A stretch of 64,000 nt of DNA from Octopus sinensis (taxonomy: Eukaryota). The translations under genes were made by a program, and so were the position numbers. Under the pieces are notes generated by a model. It did no database searches and was not told the DNA's origin. It saw only the letters and a program-made list of their open reading frames with translations. Each line of letters opens with the position of its first letter. The first letter of the stretch is position 1. Below are positions 27,880-40,900 of this stretch, piece after piece. The stretch spans positions 15,624,001 to 15,688,000 of the forward strand of contig NC_043015.1 in the NCBI RefSeq assembly GCF_006345805.1, read 5' to 3'.

Positions 27880-28098
27880 CTTTTCATGACTTCACTGAAA
27901 TATGAATGGCTTGTGGCTATAGGAACATTATTCCAGGATTGTGCAAGTTTTACCATGTGACTACAGTCCATCATACCAAAGCCAAAAGTATTACTGAAGT
28001 GAATGCCAGCTCCATTCTTGAACCAAGTATTATTTATTGATGGAATTCTAGCACCATGTACAACTATATGCTGTATATCCCGCCAAGTCAAAAGGGAG
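27880..28098 (-). CDS. Proprotein convertase internal exon (end of catalytic domain)
   Basis: ttttacag|...AG|gtatgt; 219 nt, phase 2/2; LTWRDIQHIVV...WFKNGAG...FGFGMMD. Confidence 0.95.
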
Positions 28099-28133
28099 CT
28101 GTAAAAGATAATAATAATAGCTCTTGCTCAGTG

Positions 28134-28197
<64 letters not shown>

Positions 28198-29122
28198 TAG
28201 TGGGACCCATGGGGATTCCATGGTATAACTCAGCATATTTGATAACATTAGTATATTAAGCACAGACAAGGAATTTCAAACAATCCTTTTGAAATCTTGC
28301 CATTTAATTAAAACTGTACTTTTAAACAATCAAAATGAACTCAGGCAGATACTGTTTATTTACCTTCTTTTAATATGCTTGAGGAAATAAAAGATTAATT
28401 AAAATGATAAAACATTCATATATATATAATACTACAGTTTTCGCTGTCCAACCACTACCAAGGCTCAATCCAAGTTATTTACCAGTTGAGATTATTTTCG
28501 TTCCTTTTAATTAACATTTCTGTTTAGGCACATATCTATTTGTACATCTATAAATATATCTCTTTATCTGCATAGCTATTGATGTATTTGTAGGTTCACC
28601 TACGTATCTATCTATCTGTCTGTCTGCCTGCTTGCCAAACTATGTACCTACCGCCCTCCCTCCCTTCCTACCTACCTACCTACCTACCTACCAACCTATC
28701 TATCTCTCTGTCAATTGGTCTGTCTGTATGTTTGTTTATCTATCGATCTAGCTAACTAACTACTATTATCATATATATCTACATCCCCTTCTGTATCCGT
28801 CAGCTCTCATAATAGTGATAAGCATATAAATCAAATAACAAAAAAGAAAAAAAAGAATAATGGTTGTGCCCCAACATTGTCATACCCATTAGTCTGGAAT
28901 ATGTTAAAGGTGAAAGTGCAACATCCATAGCTATTTGCGAAGGTTATTTCACTTTAATTTAATTATCTTTTAATATATCGTTTAATGCGTATACTTATAG
29001 ATCTTGATGACATTGTTCTACTACGTTAAACATTTTGATTGTGTCTGCAATTTGAACACACGAATGCAAAATAATATAGACCTTCTGCCCTCACCTCTTT
29101 CTCTTAGTCTCCCTTTCTTCTG

Positions 29123-29206
<84 letters not shown>

Positions 29207-29280
29207 TTCTCCATTCAAGTTATAACCTCCCTTGGTATAAGTGTAACACATGGATGAAACAGACAGGAACATAGGAATGC

Positions 29281-29330
<50 letters not shown>

Positions 29331-29336
29331 GTAATA

Positions 29337-29367
<31 letters not shown>

Positions 29368-29384
29368 GGTAGCATGGTTAAGTG

Positions 29385-30715
29385 GAATAAACGTCGCCTT
29401 CTAAACGATAGTAATGGGATGAGCCAATCTAACAACATCAACATCAAACGAGGCATCTTTCAAGGTGACTCTTTCCCTCTCCCCATTACTCTTTTGCATT
29501 GATCTCACTCTCAAACGGACTGAGTAACACCAGGTATGGGTTCAAAATGTATAATATAGTAAATCATCTGTTTTATATGGACAACCTGAAACTGTTTGCT
29601 AGAAACGACGAAGTTCTACAAGCGCTGTTAACAACTGTTAGAGAGTTCAGCAATGACATCGGGATGGATTTTCGCCTTGATAAATGTGCTAAAGCAACTT
29701 TTGTAAGAGGCAAGCTCAAGGAAATAGTTTCCATTAAGTCAGATACCGACACTACCATCAAAAGAGCTTGACCCACAAGAAAGCTATAAATACCTGGGGA
29801 TAAACGAAGGAGACGGTATACAACATACTACTATGAAGGAAAAATACGAAAGGAGTATTACGACTCGTACCAAAAACTGAACTCAACTCCAAAAATCGCA
29901 TCGAAGCTATTAACACTTCCAAGTAGTCCAATGCAGTTTTAACATCATTAACTGGAAACTTACAGAACTCCATCGCCTGGACAGGAAGACAAAAAAACTA
30001 CTAACATCTAAGAACATGCACCACCCAAAAGTAGACGTTGATCGTCTGTACCTACTTAAACGTAATGGAAGAAGAGGAACGATGCAAGTAGAACTGTACT
30101 ACAAGACCTCCACAATAGCAATGAACAAGTACTTGACAGAGGATTGGATGCTGCAGCTTGTGTGTAAACACGAAAGCAGCAAAAATCGCATTCTGTTGTC
30201 AAGGAAGCTTGCAAATTCGCAAAGGAACTCGACATTAACCCTGAATTAGATGAAAAACATGAAACCAGAGAAGCGGTGGAGTCAGAAGCCTCTATATGAA
30301 CAGTATATACTTCGAAGCAGAAATGCTGATGTAGACAAAGCAGCCACCCATCAATAGCTGAGAAGCTCAGGACTGAAAGCAGAGGTTAAATGTTTCGTAT
30401 TGACGGTACAAGCTTGCTTACCAAAAACTCCCACGTTAACGTTCTTCAAAACTGTTCTGACCCTAAATGCAGATTCTACGATAAATCTGATGAAACAATA
30501 GACCATCTCATCTCGGGATGTCCTTCGCTGAAACCAAACGAATACAAAAGTTGCCATGATAGGGACAGTATTTACATTGGAAAATAAGTAAACACTACAA
30601 AATCAGCACTCCTGCTTACTTGTATGAACATCATCCTGAGCCAGTCGTTGAAGGTAAATAGGTCACTATCCTTAGGGATTTTCCAGTCAACACTGACCGA
30701 ACGATCCAGTTACCT
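29385..30715 (+). mobile_element. R4/Dong-like LINE fragment (RT to zinc knuckle), downstream of (TAA)n
   Basis: RGIFQGDSL, HLFYMDNLKL, DKCAK, HHPKVDVDRLY, ETIDHLISGCPSL; many stops and frameshifts. Confidence 0.85.
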
Positions 30716-31175
30716 CAATCCTATAAATATTAACCAAAATGAAGTAGATTGACACGTTTATTTTATGAACCTACATTTTCAGTTCTCAAAACCCATGAGG
30801 ATAGCTATATTTGTGAACTGTTGACATCTCATCCTGGAGGAATTAATAAACTTTATGCTAAACTTTTTGACTAAATAATTTTTATACTAAACTTTTTGAT
30901 TGAATAATTTTTTCTCCATTTCTTTCCTTTCTTTTTGTTTTCTTTTTTCTTTCCTTCCTTCTGCTACCTTTTGTGAAAGACCAAAGACTGATGACGTCGT
31001 TTTACTTAGAAAGAAGCGCAATTATTCCGATTTAATTTTGAATGTTCAGCGTTTCCTATCTTTGAATTTAATTTCAGTTTATATTTTGAACTTGTAAAAG
31101 ACACACGAAGTGTCGAAATATTGTTCACCCAATAAAATATCTATTGCAATCGCATCGCACTCTTCGTCTTGCCTA

Positions 31176-31213
<38 letters not shown>

Positions 31214-32119
31214 CCTTTTTACTAAAGGCACAAAGCCTGGATTTTTTGGAGAGTACCGGATCTTTTCGGTTTGAACGGCAGTTTTTTAAAATAATTTCCA
31301 CGTAACTAAACACTTTTAAACTTCGTATACTGGTAGAATGTGTTTATAAAACATCTTTTTCTCTTGGCTTTATTGAGAAAATTCTATAGTTTGTAAGATA
31401 TATATTTTTTTTCTTCAATTTCTGCAATTTCTGCAATTTCAACCAATCAATAACGTCTATTGAGGTGAAAACATTCTGTGCCGTATGAATATGTCCCTCG
31501 TTTAAGAAACAGATTGGGTTTATTTACATTTCTGAAGAAAAAAAGATACCCTTCCCCCCACTCCTAACCCTAAAACAAATTGAAATGCAATAGATCGATA
31601 CTAGGGTCATAATTATAGGTGACAATTTCATATGACACCGCTAGAAGACAAAGCTGACCTCGTGGCATTTGAACGCAGAACGTAAATACAGAAAAAATGC
31701 CGCTAAGCATTTTGCCCGGCGTGCTAACGATTCTGCCAGCTCGCCGTCTTGATAATGGTTTCATATTTTGGCACAAGGCCAGAAACTTCAGGGGAGGGGT
31801 AATCTGATTACATTGACCCCAGTGCTTAAGTGGTATTTATTTTATCGACCCGAAAGGATGAAATGCAAAGTCGACCTTGGTGGAATTTGAACTCAGAACG
31901 TACACATGGACGAAATGCCACCTAGAAATTTGTTGGGCGCGCTAATGTTTCTGCCAGCTAACCACCTTACTTAATAATAATGATGATGATGATGATGATG
32001 ATGAATCTTTATTAGCCACAAAAACAAAAAGAACAATACAAAACAAGGGACAAGTGAGGCTTAACACAAAAACATGTCTAAACAATAAAAACTAACAACA
32101 ATAAAATTCCTCAAAGGGA

Positions 32120-32740
32120 GAAGTTCCATCCAGGAGTAACCAAGGAACAAAAAATATCCTGGTTACTCCGATTGCCTAGGGTACCACAAGCAGGCACCCC
32201 TCTCCTTCTCAGGTGAAGCAATTCTCATGATGGACTTGGCCAATGACTGGATCCCTCCCATGCATGACAACATTGTTTGACAAAGCAACACAAATTGTTG
32301 TTTGCTGTTGGTCTTGTTCATGTGGCTTTTGAGGATATGGTGCTGGTTATAGGGAGGAGCTGTGGTTCCCTGTCTTTTATCAAGGGCAGAAAACTCACAG
32401 GTAGCCAGTTTTACCACACAGATAGCAATGAAGCCTGCTTCCCCCAACCATAACATACAACTGCATCCCTCCCGGAAGATGAATAAGTTCTAGGATTTTG
32501 TGATTGTTATCTAGTTTGATCAGGAGTTGCACCCGCATACTAATCCCAGACCAGTTTTCACAACGGGCTTATTTCACCCCCAGGAGGCTGCTACTTCCTT
32601 CTAAGATGATGCACGCTGAAATCTGATAGATATTCCGTTCTGGAAGCGTCCCTGAGATTTTCATTCTTCTTCTTTAATATGATGGATAGAGAACATATCT
32701 ACCACATCAACAGGGAACCACAGCGCATTCCTAGAAGCTG
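32120..32740 (-). mobile_element. L1/Tx1-like LINE ORF1 fragment
   Basis: Manual translation ...LYVMVGGSRLHCYLCGKTGYL*VFCP, a decayed CCHC zinc knuckle (about 32385-32427). Confidence 0.5.
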
Positions 32741-32752
32741 GTAGGTAAATAT

Positions 32753-33620
32753 TAATGACTTGTAGGGACTCGGTACTTCGTTAGGCAACTGTTACGGCTA
32801 GATTTTAATTAGGTGTAGTTACCAATTGTAAAGGGTAAGATTGATTAGTAAACAATATTATGAAATGTCGGCGTCAGCAGTTGTGACGATAAAAATTTGT
32901 TGTTATAATTGCATGTTGTGGGATGTGAAAGATGAACAATACATGAAGTTCTAAGGAAATATTTATTTACCGTTACTGCTGTCACAGAAAAACCATTGTT
33001 CCACCGTGGGTAAAGTTCTGTTGCAGTGTTAGTTTAAATTTGGCTATGGTGGATCGAATCCACTTGATGCTTGCAAGATCCACTACATCACTCCTCTCGC
33101 CAGTGAGGTTCAGGGAAAGGAAATGAATGATCGAAGGAGACAAAAAGTGTTAATTTAAATTTGGTGGATAGAATCCACTTGATGCTTGCAAGATCCACTA
33201 CATAACCATAATATAGTACAAGATGAAATGTTTACGTACCAGCTTCCACGAATGTGCTTAATATGTAAATTGATATATCCAATAACGTTTCACTGCTATA
33301 TGTAGTGGCTATTTAAGCAATGAGCTCATGGATGATTAATGGGTTGATGAAGGAGCAAAAACTCCTGAAATATGGTATATACACCAATTTTTCATCTTCG
33401 ATCTCATTGGCTATCTACATCTGGCGTCTCGGAAATAAATGTCGCAACAAAATCAGTGTTGGCTATAATTTCTATGGAAAATCTGTAGCGATGACCTTAA
33501 CATGCCATTTAAGAGTACTGCTAGCACAGCAGTACACGGTATTGGCTTATAGAAACGTTTAATATACTTAGTAGTATATTATGGTTGCCTAACGAAGTAC
33601 CGAATCCCTGCTAGTCACTA
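32753..33620. mobile_element. Non-autonomous TIR element, unclassified
   Basis: About 35-bp TIRs TGACTTGTAGGGACTCGGTACTTCGTTAGGCAAC / GTTGCCTAACGAAGTACCGAATCCCTGCTAGTCA; no ORF; no clear TSD. Confidence 0.7.
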
Positions 33621-34519
33621 AAAGCCAATATGAGAGTTTCTCTCATGGTATCTACTGCAGTATAGTTTGTTCTAACTTTTTTCTTCAGAAATGTAAATAA
33701 ACCCAATCTGTTTCTTAAACGAGGGACATATTCATACAGCACAGAATGTTTTCACCTCAATAGACGTCATTGATTGGTTGAAATTGCAGAAATTGCAGGA
33801 ATTGAAGAAAAAAAAATATCTTACAAACCATAGATGAGGTGAGAGGGGAACTAAAGTATAAAAAAGGGTTTAAAGAACTACTGGGCACCATGTCACCAAC
33901 AGGTTTAAATCAACTTTTTCCTTCTACTGCCACATTTCCTGCATCGTTTTTTTTTTTAACTTAGAGGACGTAAAACCTTACTGTGTCTAATTAATTTCTC
34001 TGCTTCCAGTTTATCCCTAAACATGGACTCTATATAAAATGCTAAATATTTGATAGCTGTAAATCATTGAATTACAGTGATAAATTAAAATTCTTTACAG
34101 GAAAAGTCACTTTCCATAGATATATTTCTGAAACTGAGATTTGTTGTGCAAACACCTATTATTATGGAATATGGAGATAACTACAAACTACTAACTCTGT
34201 GAAACTACAGAGGTCCATGAATGGTAAGTCATGTGTAAATACATGAATGGTAATACATGAGTAAATACAGTGTCTGAAAAGTACCACAAATGTTGGCCTT
34301 TTACAAGAACATTGAATTAATTACCAGTGCAAAATGCTGAGCTGAAGAGACAAACTACACATTAAAATTAGTCTAAAGACTAATTTGCAATATACAAGAA
34401 AATAAAAGGTTGCTGAATATCTTTATATGTAATGTTTACAAAACAGGAATAGGTCAATGGATGGTTTCACATATAATGTTTACAAGATAGAAATAGAAGT
34501 TCAGTGAACAGCTTATATA

Positions 34520-35575
34520 CAGTGTGTGTTAGTTTTTGAAATCATTTGAATATAGAAAAAAACACATAGCTGTATTTGAACACAAGTTAGTACAAATAAT
34601 TTCAAGAATCCTTTTATCACATCTGTTCATTGAATCCACCGTTAGCATCAGTGGCTACTTCGATAGAGGGTTGGAAGCATTGACTTGCTTGAATCACGTG
34701 CTATTTATCAATTTTGGACATAGAGCTGGTTATGGCAGACTGAGAGATTATATGGGGATATTGACTGACCTCTCTCTTGACCATGCCCCATACGTAATAA
34801 TAGACCAGTGGATCGAAGTCTGGAGAGATAGGAAGCCATATGTCTGGGAAAACCCGATTATGGAGACTGGGATGCATCCACCCTTGGGTTGTCCTAGCTT
34901 TATGAGATAGTGCAGAGTCTTGAAAGACATGCAGTCTTCCATTGCATAGTCAACTTTTTCCAACACCTCCGAGTAAACAACAACATTGAATCTTGATCCC
35001 TGTGAAAAATAGTGAAGAAGCATGATATCTTTTTCCTTTCTGATGACTCCCAGAACCATCACAGTTGCTGGAAACTTAGTAGGCATGGTCATTGGAACAT
35101 CATTTGGGTCTCTGCACAGCTATCTATTGTTTGCTTGATTTACATTTTGGTCCTGATCAAAGATTTTCTCATCAGAAAAATCCAAAGCATTCCAGCCTCT
35201 TGGTGTTTTAACTTGCTTAGCAACCACTTTGCATGCATTGAATGATTTTCTATTGTCACATCCAATATAAACTGACCTCTCCACATTACATAAAACTTGT
35301 ACCAAAAGTCCTCTTGCACAACTCTTCTGCTGGTGCAGTCTGAAACCTTGAGGTGCTTTGCAATGGTTCTGATTGGCTTTCTGGAGTTTTTATTGATCAT
35401 TTCCTTGAATTTTTTTGTATAAAATTATGTTCTGATGGTAGTAGGATCCTGTGCTCCTGTGCATGTGTTTTTCCTTTAGCTATTGATGAAGGATCCCTGT
35501 CAGTAGCTTTCGGCATCTTTCAAATTTTGATAATGAAGGATCAGACAACTTACAGGAAGTGAGATATCTCTGTAT
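34520..35575 (-). mobile_element. Degenerate maT/DD37D Tc1-mariner transposon
   Basis: FSDEKIFDQDQ; QDSALSHKARTTQ...SPDFDPL(V)YYYVW with 37 residues between the second D and the third catalytic position (now V). Confidence 0.85.
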
Positions 35576-35774
35576 CACTATGCTGCACTTTTATGCAGTA
35601 ATTACAGAGCACCTTTTCATTTGCTCCAGCATGGCTGCAGCCATATGGCTAAAACATATGTGTGTGTGTATGTGTGTGTGTGTGTGTGTGGTGTGTGTAA
35701 ACAGACAGACAGACACAAGCCAGTGAACACTTTATATGACGTCTACAAAACACAAATAGGGCATCAGTGAACAG

Positions 35775-35862
<88 letters not shown>

Positions 35863-36224
35863 CATTTACAAGATAGGTACAATGAATACCTTCATACAGG
35901 ATGTTCACAAGACATGAAAAGAAAGCCAATGGGTACCAGATTAAAACAGAGAGGATATGAGATATTAAAAATAATCAATGAGTTCTTTGTATTTTGTTGG
36001 TTTATATAACATTGAATCTACCTTGCAGATGATTGACCTTCTGATGATATTGTCAAATGCAAAATCTCTTGGGAAATACTCAGGAGTGTTTTCACAATAG
36101 CCTACAGTACATGCAAGTGTGGCACCTTGGACAAACATTTTCTACTATAGCTCTGAGCCAACCGAAGCCTTGTGAATGGATTTGGTAGACAGAAACTGAC
36201 AGAAGCTTGTCATGTTTATATGTA

Positions 36225-36309
<85 letters not shown>

Positions 36310-37901
36310 GTGTGCGTGTGTGTATCATTATCATCATCATCATTTAACTTCTGTTGTCCATGGGTTGGGTGCTTTGACCAGAGCTGGTAAACTGAGGGGC
36401 TGCATGAGACTCCTGTCTGATTTGATATGGTTTTTACAGCTGGATGCCCTTCCTAACACATATGTATGTATGTATAAATATGCATACGTGTGTGTGTACG
36501 TGTGTGCGCGTGTGTGTGCATGTTTGTGTATCCCTACTTGACTGCTGGTGTTGGTTTGTTTATGTCTCAGTAACTTAACTGTTTAGTAAAAGGAGACTGA
36601 CAGAATAATTACCAGTACTTAAAAAATTAAATACTAGGGTCAACTCTGGGATCAGTTCCACTGTATGGGACCTTGGGCAAGTGTCTTCAACTATAATTTT
36701 GGCCTTACCAAAGCCTTGTGAATGGATTTGGTAGATGGAAATTGAAAGAAGCCCATTATACATATATATCTCTTATTATAAAAGGCAGATTTTATCTGCC
36801 TCCCTTTGGGAGTTATACAAATCTACAATATAGGATTTCTTCAATTACAATTTACCTAGCAATTTTAAGAGTACAATGCATCGCGTCATGCCAGGTCCAG
36901 TTTTTAAAATGTAAACTCCAATTAAGCAAAATTTACAGAAAACTCACATTCTGGTGTGTGTGTCAAATGCTTTTCTTAGTCTGGTTTACACCACACGCAA
37001 ACGCACACACACAGTGTGCAACGAATAAAGTGAAACTAGATGTAATATTTAAAAAGAAAGCAGCAAACAGAAACAAATAAATACATAATGATTTACTCCT
37101 CACACAATTTCTTCAATTAGACTTTACCTATGATTTTTCAAAGAACTTCCATTGGTTCATGCCATACAAAATTTCTTTCAATTTCACCCCCAATTAAGAC
37201 AAAATTCGGGAAAACTCAATATTTTAACATTTCACTTTGAAGCCTTTACTCTGCCTATTACTCCAACTTCCTCTTTAGACACATAGACACGCTAATATAT
37301 ACGACAGTGTCAATTGTTGACAGACATTGTAAGTTAACGTGTGTGTGTGTGTCTGTGTGTGTGTGCGTGTGTCTGTGCGTGTGTGTCTGTGTGTGTTTGT
37401 GTGTGTGTGTGTGTTTGTATGTGTGTGTGTGACAGGGGTGAGCCATTCAGACTGGTCATCCATTTTGGCGAGAAGATCCCTATTATAATACATCAGTTCC
37501 ACACATTTACCCTGGATTCCATTTCGGACAACTGCACAAACATTTGCCATTTCACACATGTATGTAAACAAATTCCTTTCTTTAAAAAATTTCAATTCAT
37601 TTTCTTTTTTCAATTTACGTTTCTATACACTTTACGCAAATATTTGATTAAACAACTAAAACACTTCACATTTCGAACATGTACGTAAACTACTTCCTTT
37701 ATTGCAAATCTAACTTTCTTTTCTGGCTTTTAATTCAAATTTCTATACATTTTACACACTCTGTCGCTATACTTGCATAAAAAATTTCTTTCAGCTGCTA
37801 ATATTTATTTCTTTTCCTTCCACGCTTTACATTTTTCCACATTTCATTCAAATTACAATTTCTATTTTTAAGTAACTTTCACCCTTTCTTTTTCACATAA
37901 A

Positions 37902-40900
37902 ATGCCACCGAAAAAGAGAAGTCACATCGGCCGCCATACTGCAGCAGCAGCTGCGAAAAAGGCGAAGCGCAGCGCCATAAACGCTTCTGCTGTTGCTGCA
38001 CAAAGGGCTTCAGAAGACCCACAACAAAGGGCCACTCGACTGGCTACAACCGCTGCGGTTGCTTCATACGATGCTGCTTCCACGGCTTCAGACGGTCCGG
38101 AAACAAGGTCGAAGCGCAGCGCCATAAACGCTTCTGCTGTTGCTGCACAAAGGGCTTCAGAGGACCCACAACAAAGGGCCACTCGACTGGCTACAACCGC
38201 TGCGGTTGCTTCATACGATGCTGCTTCCACGGCTTCAGACGGTCCGGAAACAAGGTCGAAGCGCAGCGCCATAAACGCTTCTGCTGTTGCTGCACAAAGG
38301 GCTTCAGAGGACCCACAACAAAGGGCCACTCGACTGGCTACAACCGCTGCGGTTGCTTCATACGATGCTGCTTCCACGGCTTCAGACTGTCCGGAAACAA
38401 GGTCGAAGCGCAACGCCATAAACGCTTCTGCTGTTGCTGCACAAAGGGCTTCAGAGGACCCACAACAAAGGGCCACTCGACTGGCTACAAATGCTGCGGT
38501 TGCTTCATACGATGCTGCTTCCACGGCTTCAGACGGTCCGGAAACAAGGTCGAAGCGCAGCGCCATAAAGGCTTCTGCTGTTGCTGCACAAAGGGCTTCA
38601 GAGGACTCACAACAAAGGGCCACTCGACTGGCTACAAATGCTGCGGCTACTGCTGCTTCAACATTTTCGACACATTCCCACGACTCAGACCAGCAACGTT
38701 CTACATTCCAGCGGAACAGTCGACGCCGCAGTCTGACGAGTCCAAACAGACCTTACTGGCATCTACGTGCTTTCAAGTATGAGCCCAACTTCAATTACTC
38801 GATGCACGCTGACATAAATATTGGGGAAATGTTCTTCAATTGCCAATTCTGCAATGCTAAAAAGTGGGCTGGGGAACCACCTGCGATGTGCTGCTTAAAC
38901 GGTAAGGTCAGCTTGCCCCCTCTTCGGGAGCTGCCAGACCCTTTGAAGGAATTACTTACTGGTTCCACCTCAAGGTCATCAAAATTCCTTCAACTCATCA
39001 GGAAATACAATTGTGCATTTCAGATGACTTCTTTCGGGGCTAACGTTGTCAGAGAAACTGGTTGGATGCCTACTTTCAAGGTCCAGGGCCAGGTGTACCA
39101 CCTTATTGGGTCACTCCAGCCACTACAAAATTGCAAACCTTCATTCATTCAAATTTATTTTATTACAAATTATAATAGGCAACTTGATTTGCGTTTAGAC
39201 GTAATTCCACAACATGCAAACACTAACGCTGACAATTTCGACAGGGACGTGCTGCTCACTCTGCAAAACATGCTTCATGACCACAACAGCTATATTCGCA
39301 GTTTCAAATACGCCTTGGAAACAGCCCCTTCACCAACATTCACCATTGTCATCGATGCTGACAAAAGGCCTTCTGGGGAGCACGCGCGGCGATATAACGC
39401 TCCTTCGTGCAATGAAGTGGCCATAGTTCTCCATGGTGAACAGCACAAGCAGCGGGACATAGTTCTTCAAAGCCGCGACAGTGGTCTTCAGCGTATTAAT
39501 GAGACGCATCAGTCATATGACGCCCTGCAGTATCCCCTTCTTTTTCCGTATGGAGAAGACGGATACCATTTCGGCATTCCTCACCACAAACCAAACGAGC
39601 CCTCGGCTGCGACATCTAAAACTGTTTCATGTATGGCTTTTTACTCATACCGCTTCATGACAAGGCATAATGATTTCAACCCCCTGCACAGATCACGGCA
39701 ACTGTTTCACCAGTTTGCAGTTGACATGGCTGCAAAGATGGAGTCCGAGAGACTGGGCTTCATCAAATTGAATCAGAAGCAGCTGCGCTCAGACTCCTAC
39801 ATCTATTTGCGTGATGGCATCAGGAATGACACTGACGCCCGCAATATCGGCAAAATGTGCATTCTCCCCTCAACCTATACAGGGGGCCCACGGTACATGT
39901 ACGAGCGAACACAAGACGCTATGACTTACGTTCGGCATTATGGGCGACCCGATTTATTCATTACCTTTACATGTAACCCAAAGTGGGTTGAGGTAACGCG
40001 AGAACTTCTCCCAGGGCAGCAGTACTGTCATCGCCATGATATTATTGCAAGGGTTTTCAGGCAGAAACTGGCTAAGCTCATTCTTTTAATAAAAAAAGGC
40101 CAGGTTTTTGGGCCTGTTAACTGCCACATGTATACTGTTGAGTGGCAGAAAAGAGGGTTGCCACATGCGCACATTTTGCTTTGGTTGGTCAACAAAATAG
40201 ACCCAACAGTTCTTGATGATCTCATTGCAGCAGAAATTCCGGACCCAACTGTTGACCGGCACCTGTACGACATTGTGAAGGCACACATGGTACACGGTCC
40301 GTGCGGTCCTGGTTTTCAAAAGTTCTCCTCATGCCACAAAGACCACGTGTGCACTAAACAGTACCCAAAGAGGTTCGTGGACGAGACCCAGACCGGCCGC
40401 GACGGATACCCACTGTACAGAAGAAGGCACCCTGACAATGGTGGATTCACTATAACGTTACGGGGTCATCAAGTGGATAATAGGTGGGTAGTGCCGTACT
40501 GTCCATTTCTGATGAAAACTTTTAACGCTCACATAAATGTGGAGTTCTGTCATTCAGTCAAGTCTATAAAGTATATATGCAAATATGTTAACAAGGGTTC
40601 TGACGCTGCCATGTTTGGCCTTCAAAAGGACAATAGCATGGACGAGGTGTCACAGTACATGGCAGGTCGGTACATAAGCAGTGGTGAAGCTTTTTGGCGG
40701 ATATTCGGGTTTCCACTTCACCAAAGGCACCCCGCCATCATACAACTAGCGGTTCATTTGGAAAATGGCCAATGAATTTACTTTACTGAACAGACTGCAG
40801 CTGATTTGGCGGCAAATCCAAAACAAACAACTTTGACCGGTTTCTTTAGGCTTTGCCAACTTGACACATTTGCTAAAACACTTTTATACCCTCAGGTCCC

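Noticed and set aside
31085-31135. GACAC/GTGTC stem followed by GAAATATT and AATAAA
   Set aside because: No CUGANGA core adjacent to the stem; possibly a dead hammerhead, but not supportable.
37430-37560. Possible captured host gene fragment in the Helitron 5' region
   Set aside because: No recognisable protein motif or convincing splice sites in any frame.
37922-38623. 233-aa antisense ORF as an independent gene
   Set aside because: It is a shadow of the tandem repeat; one stop-free unit is simply multiplied.
37964-38648. CRISPR-like array
   Set aside because: The repeats are contiguous 147-bp coding units with no unique spacers, in a eukaryotic context.
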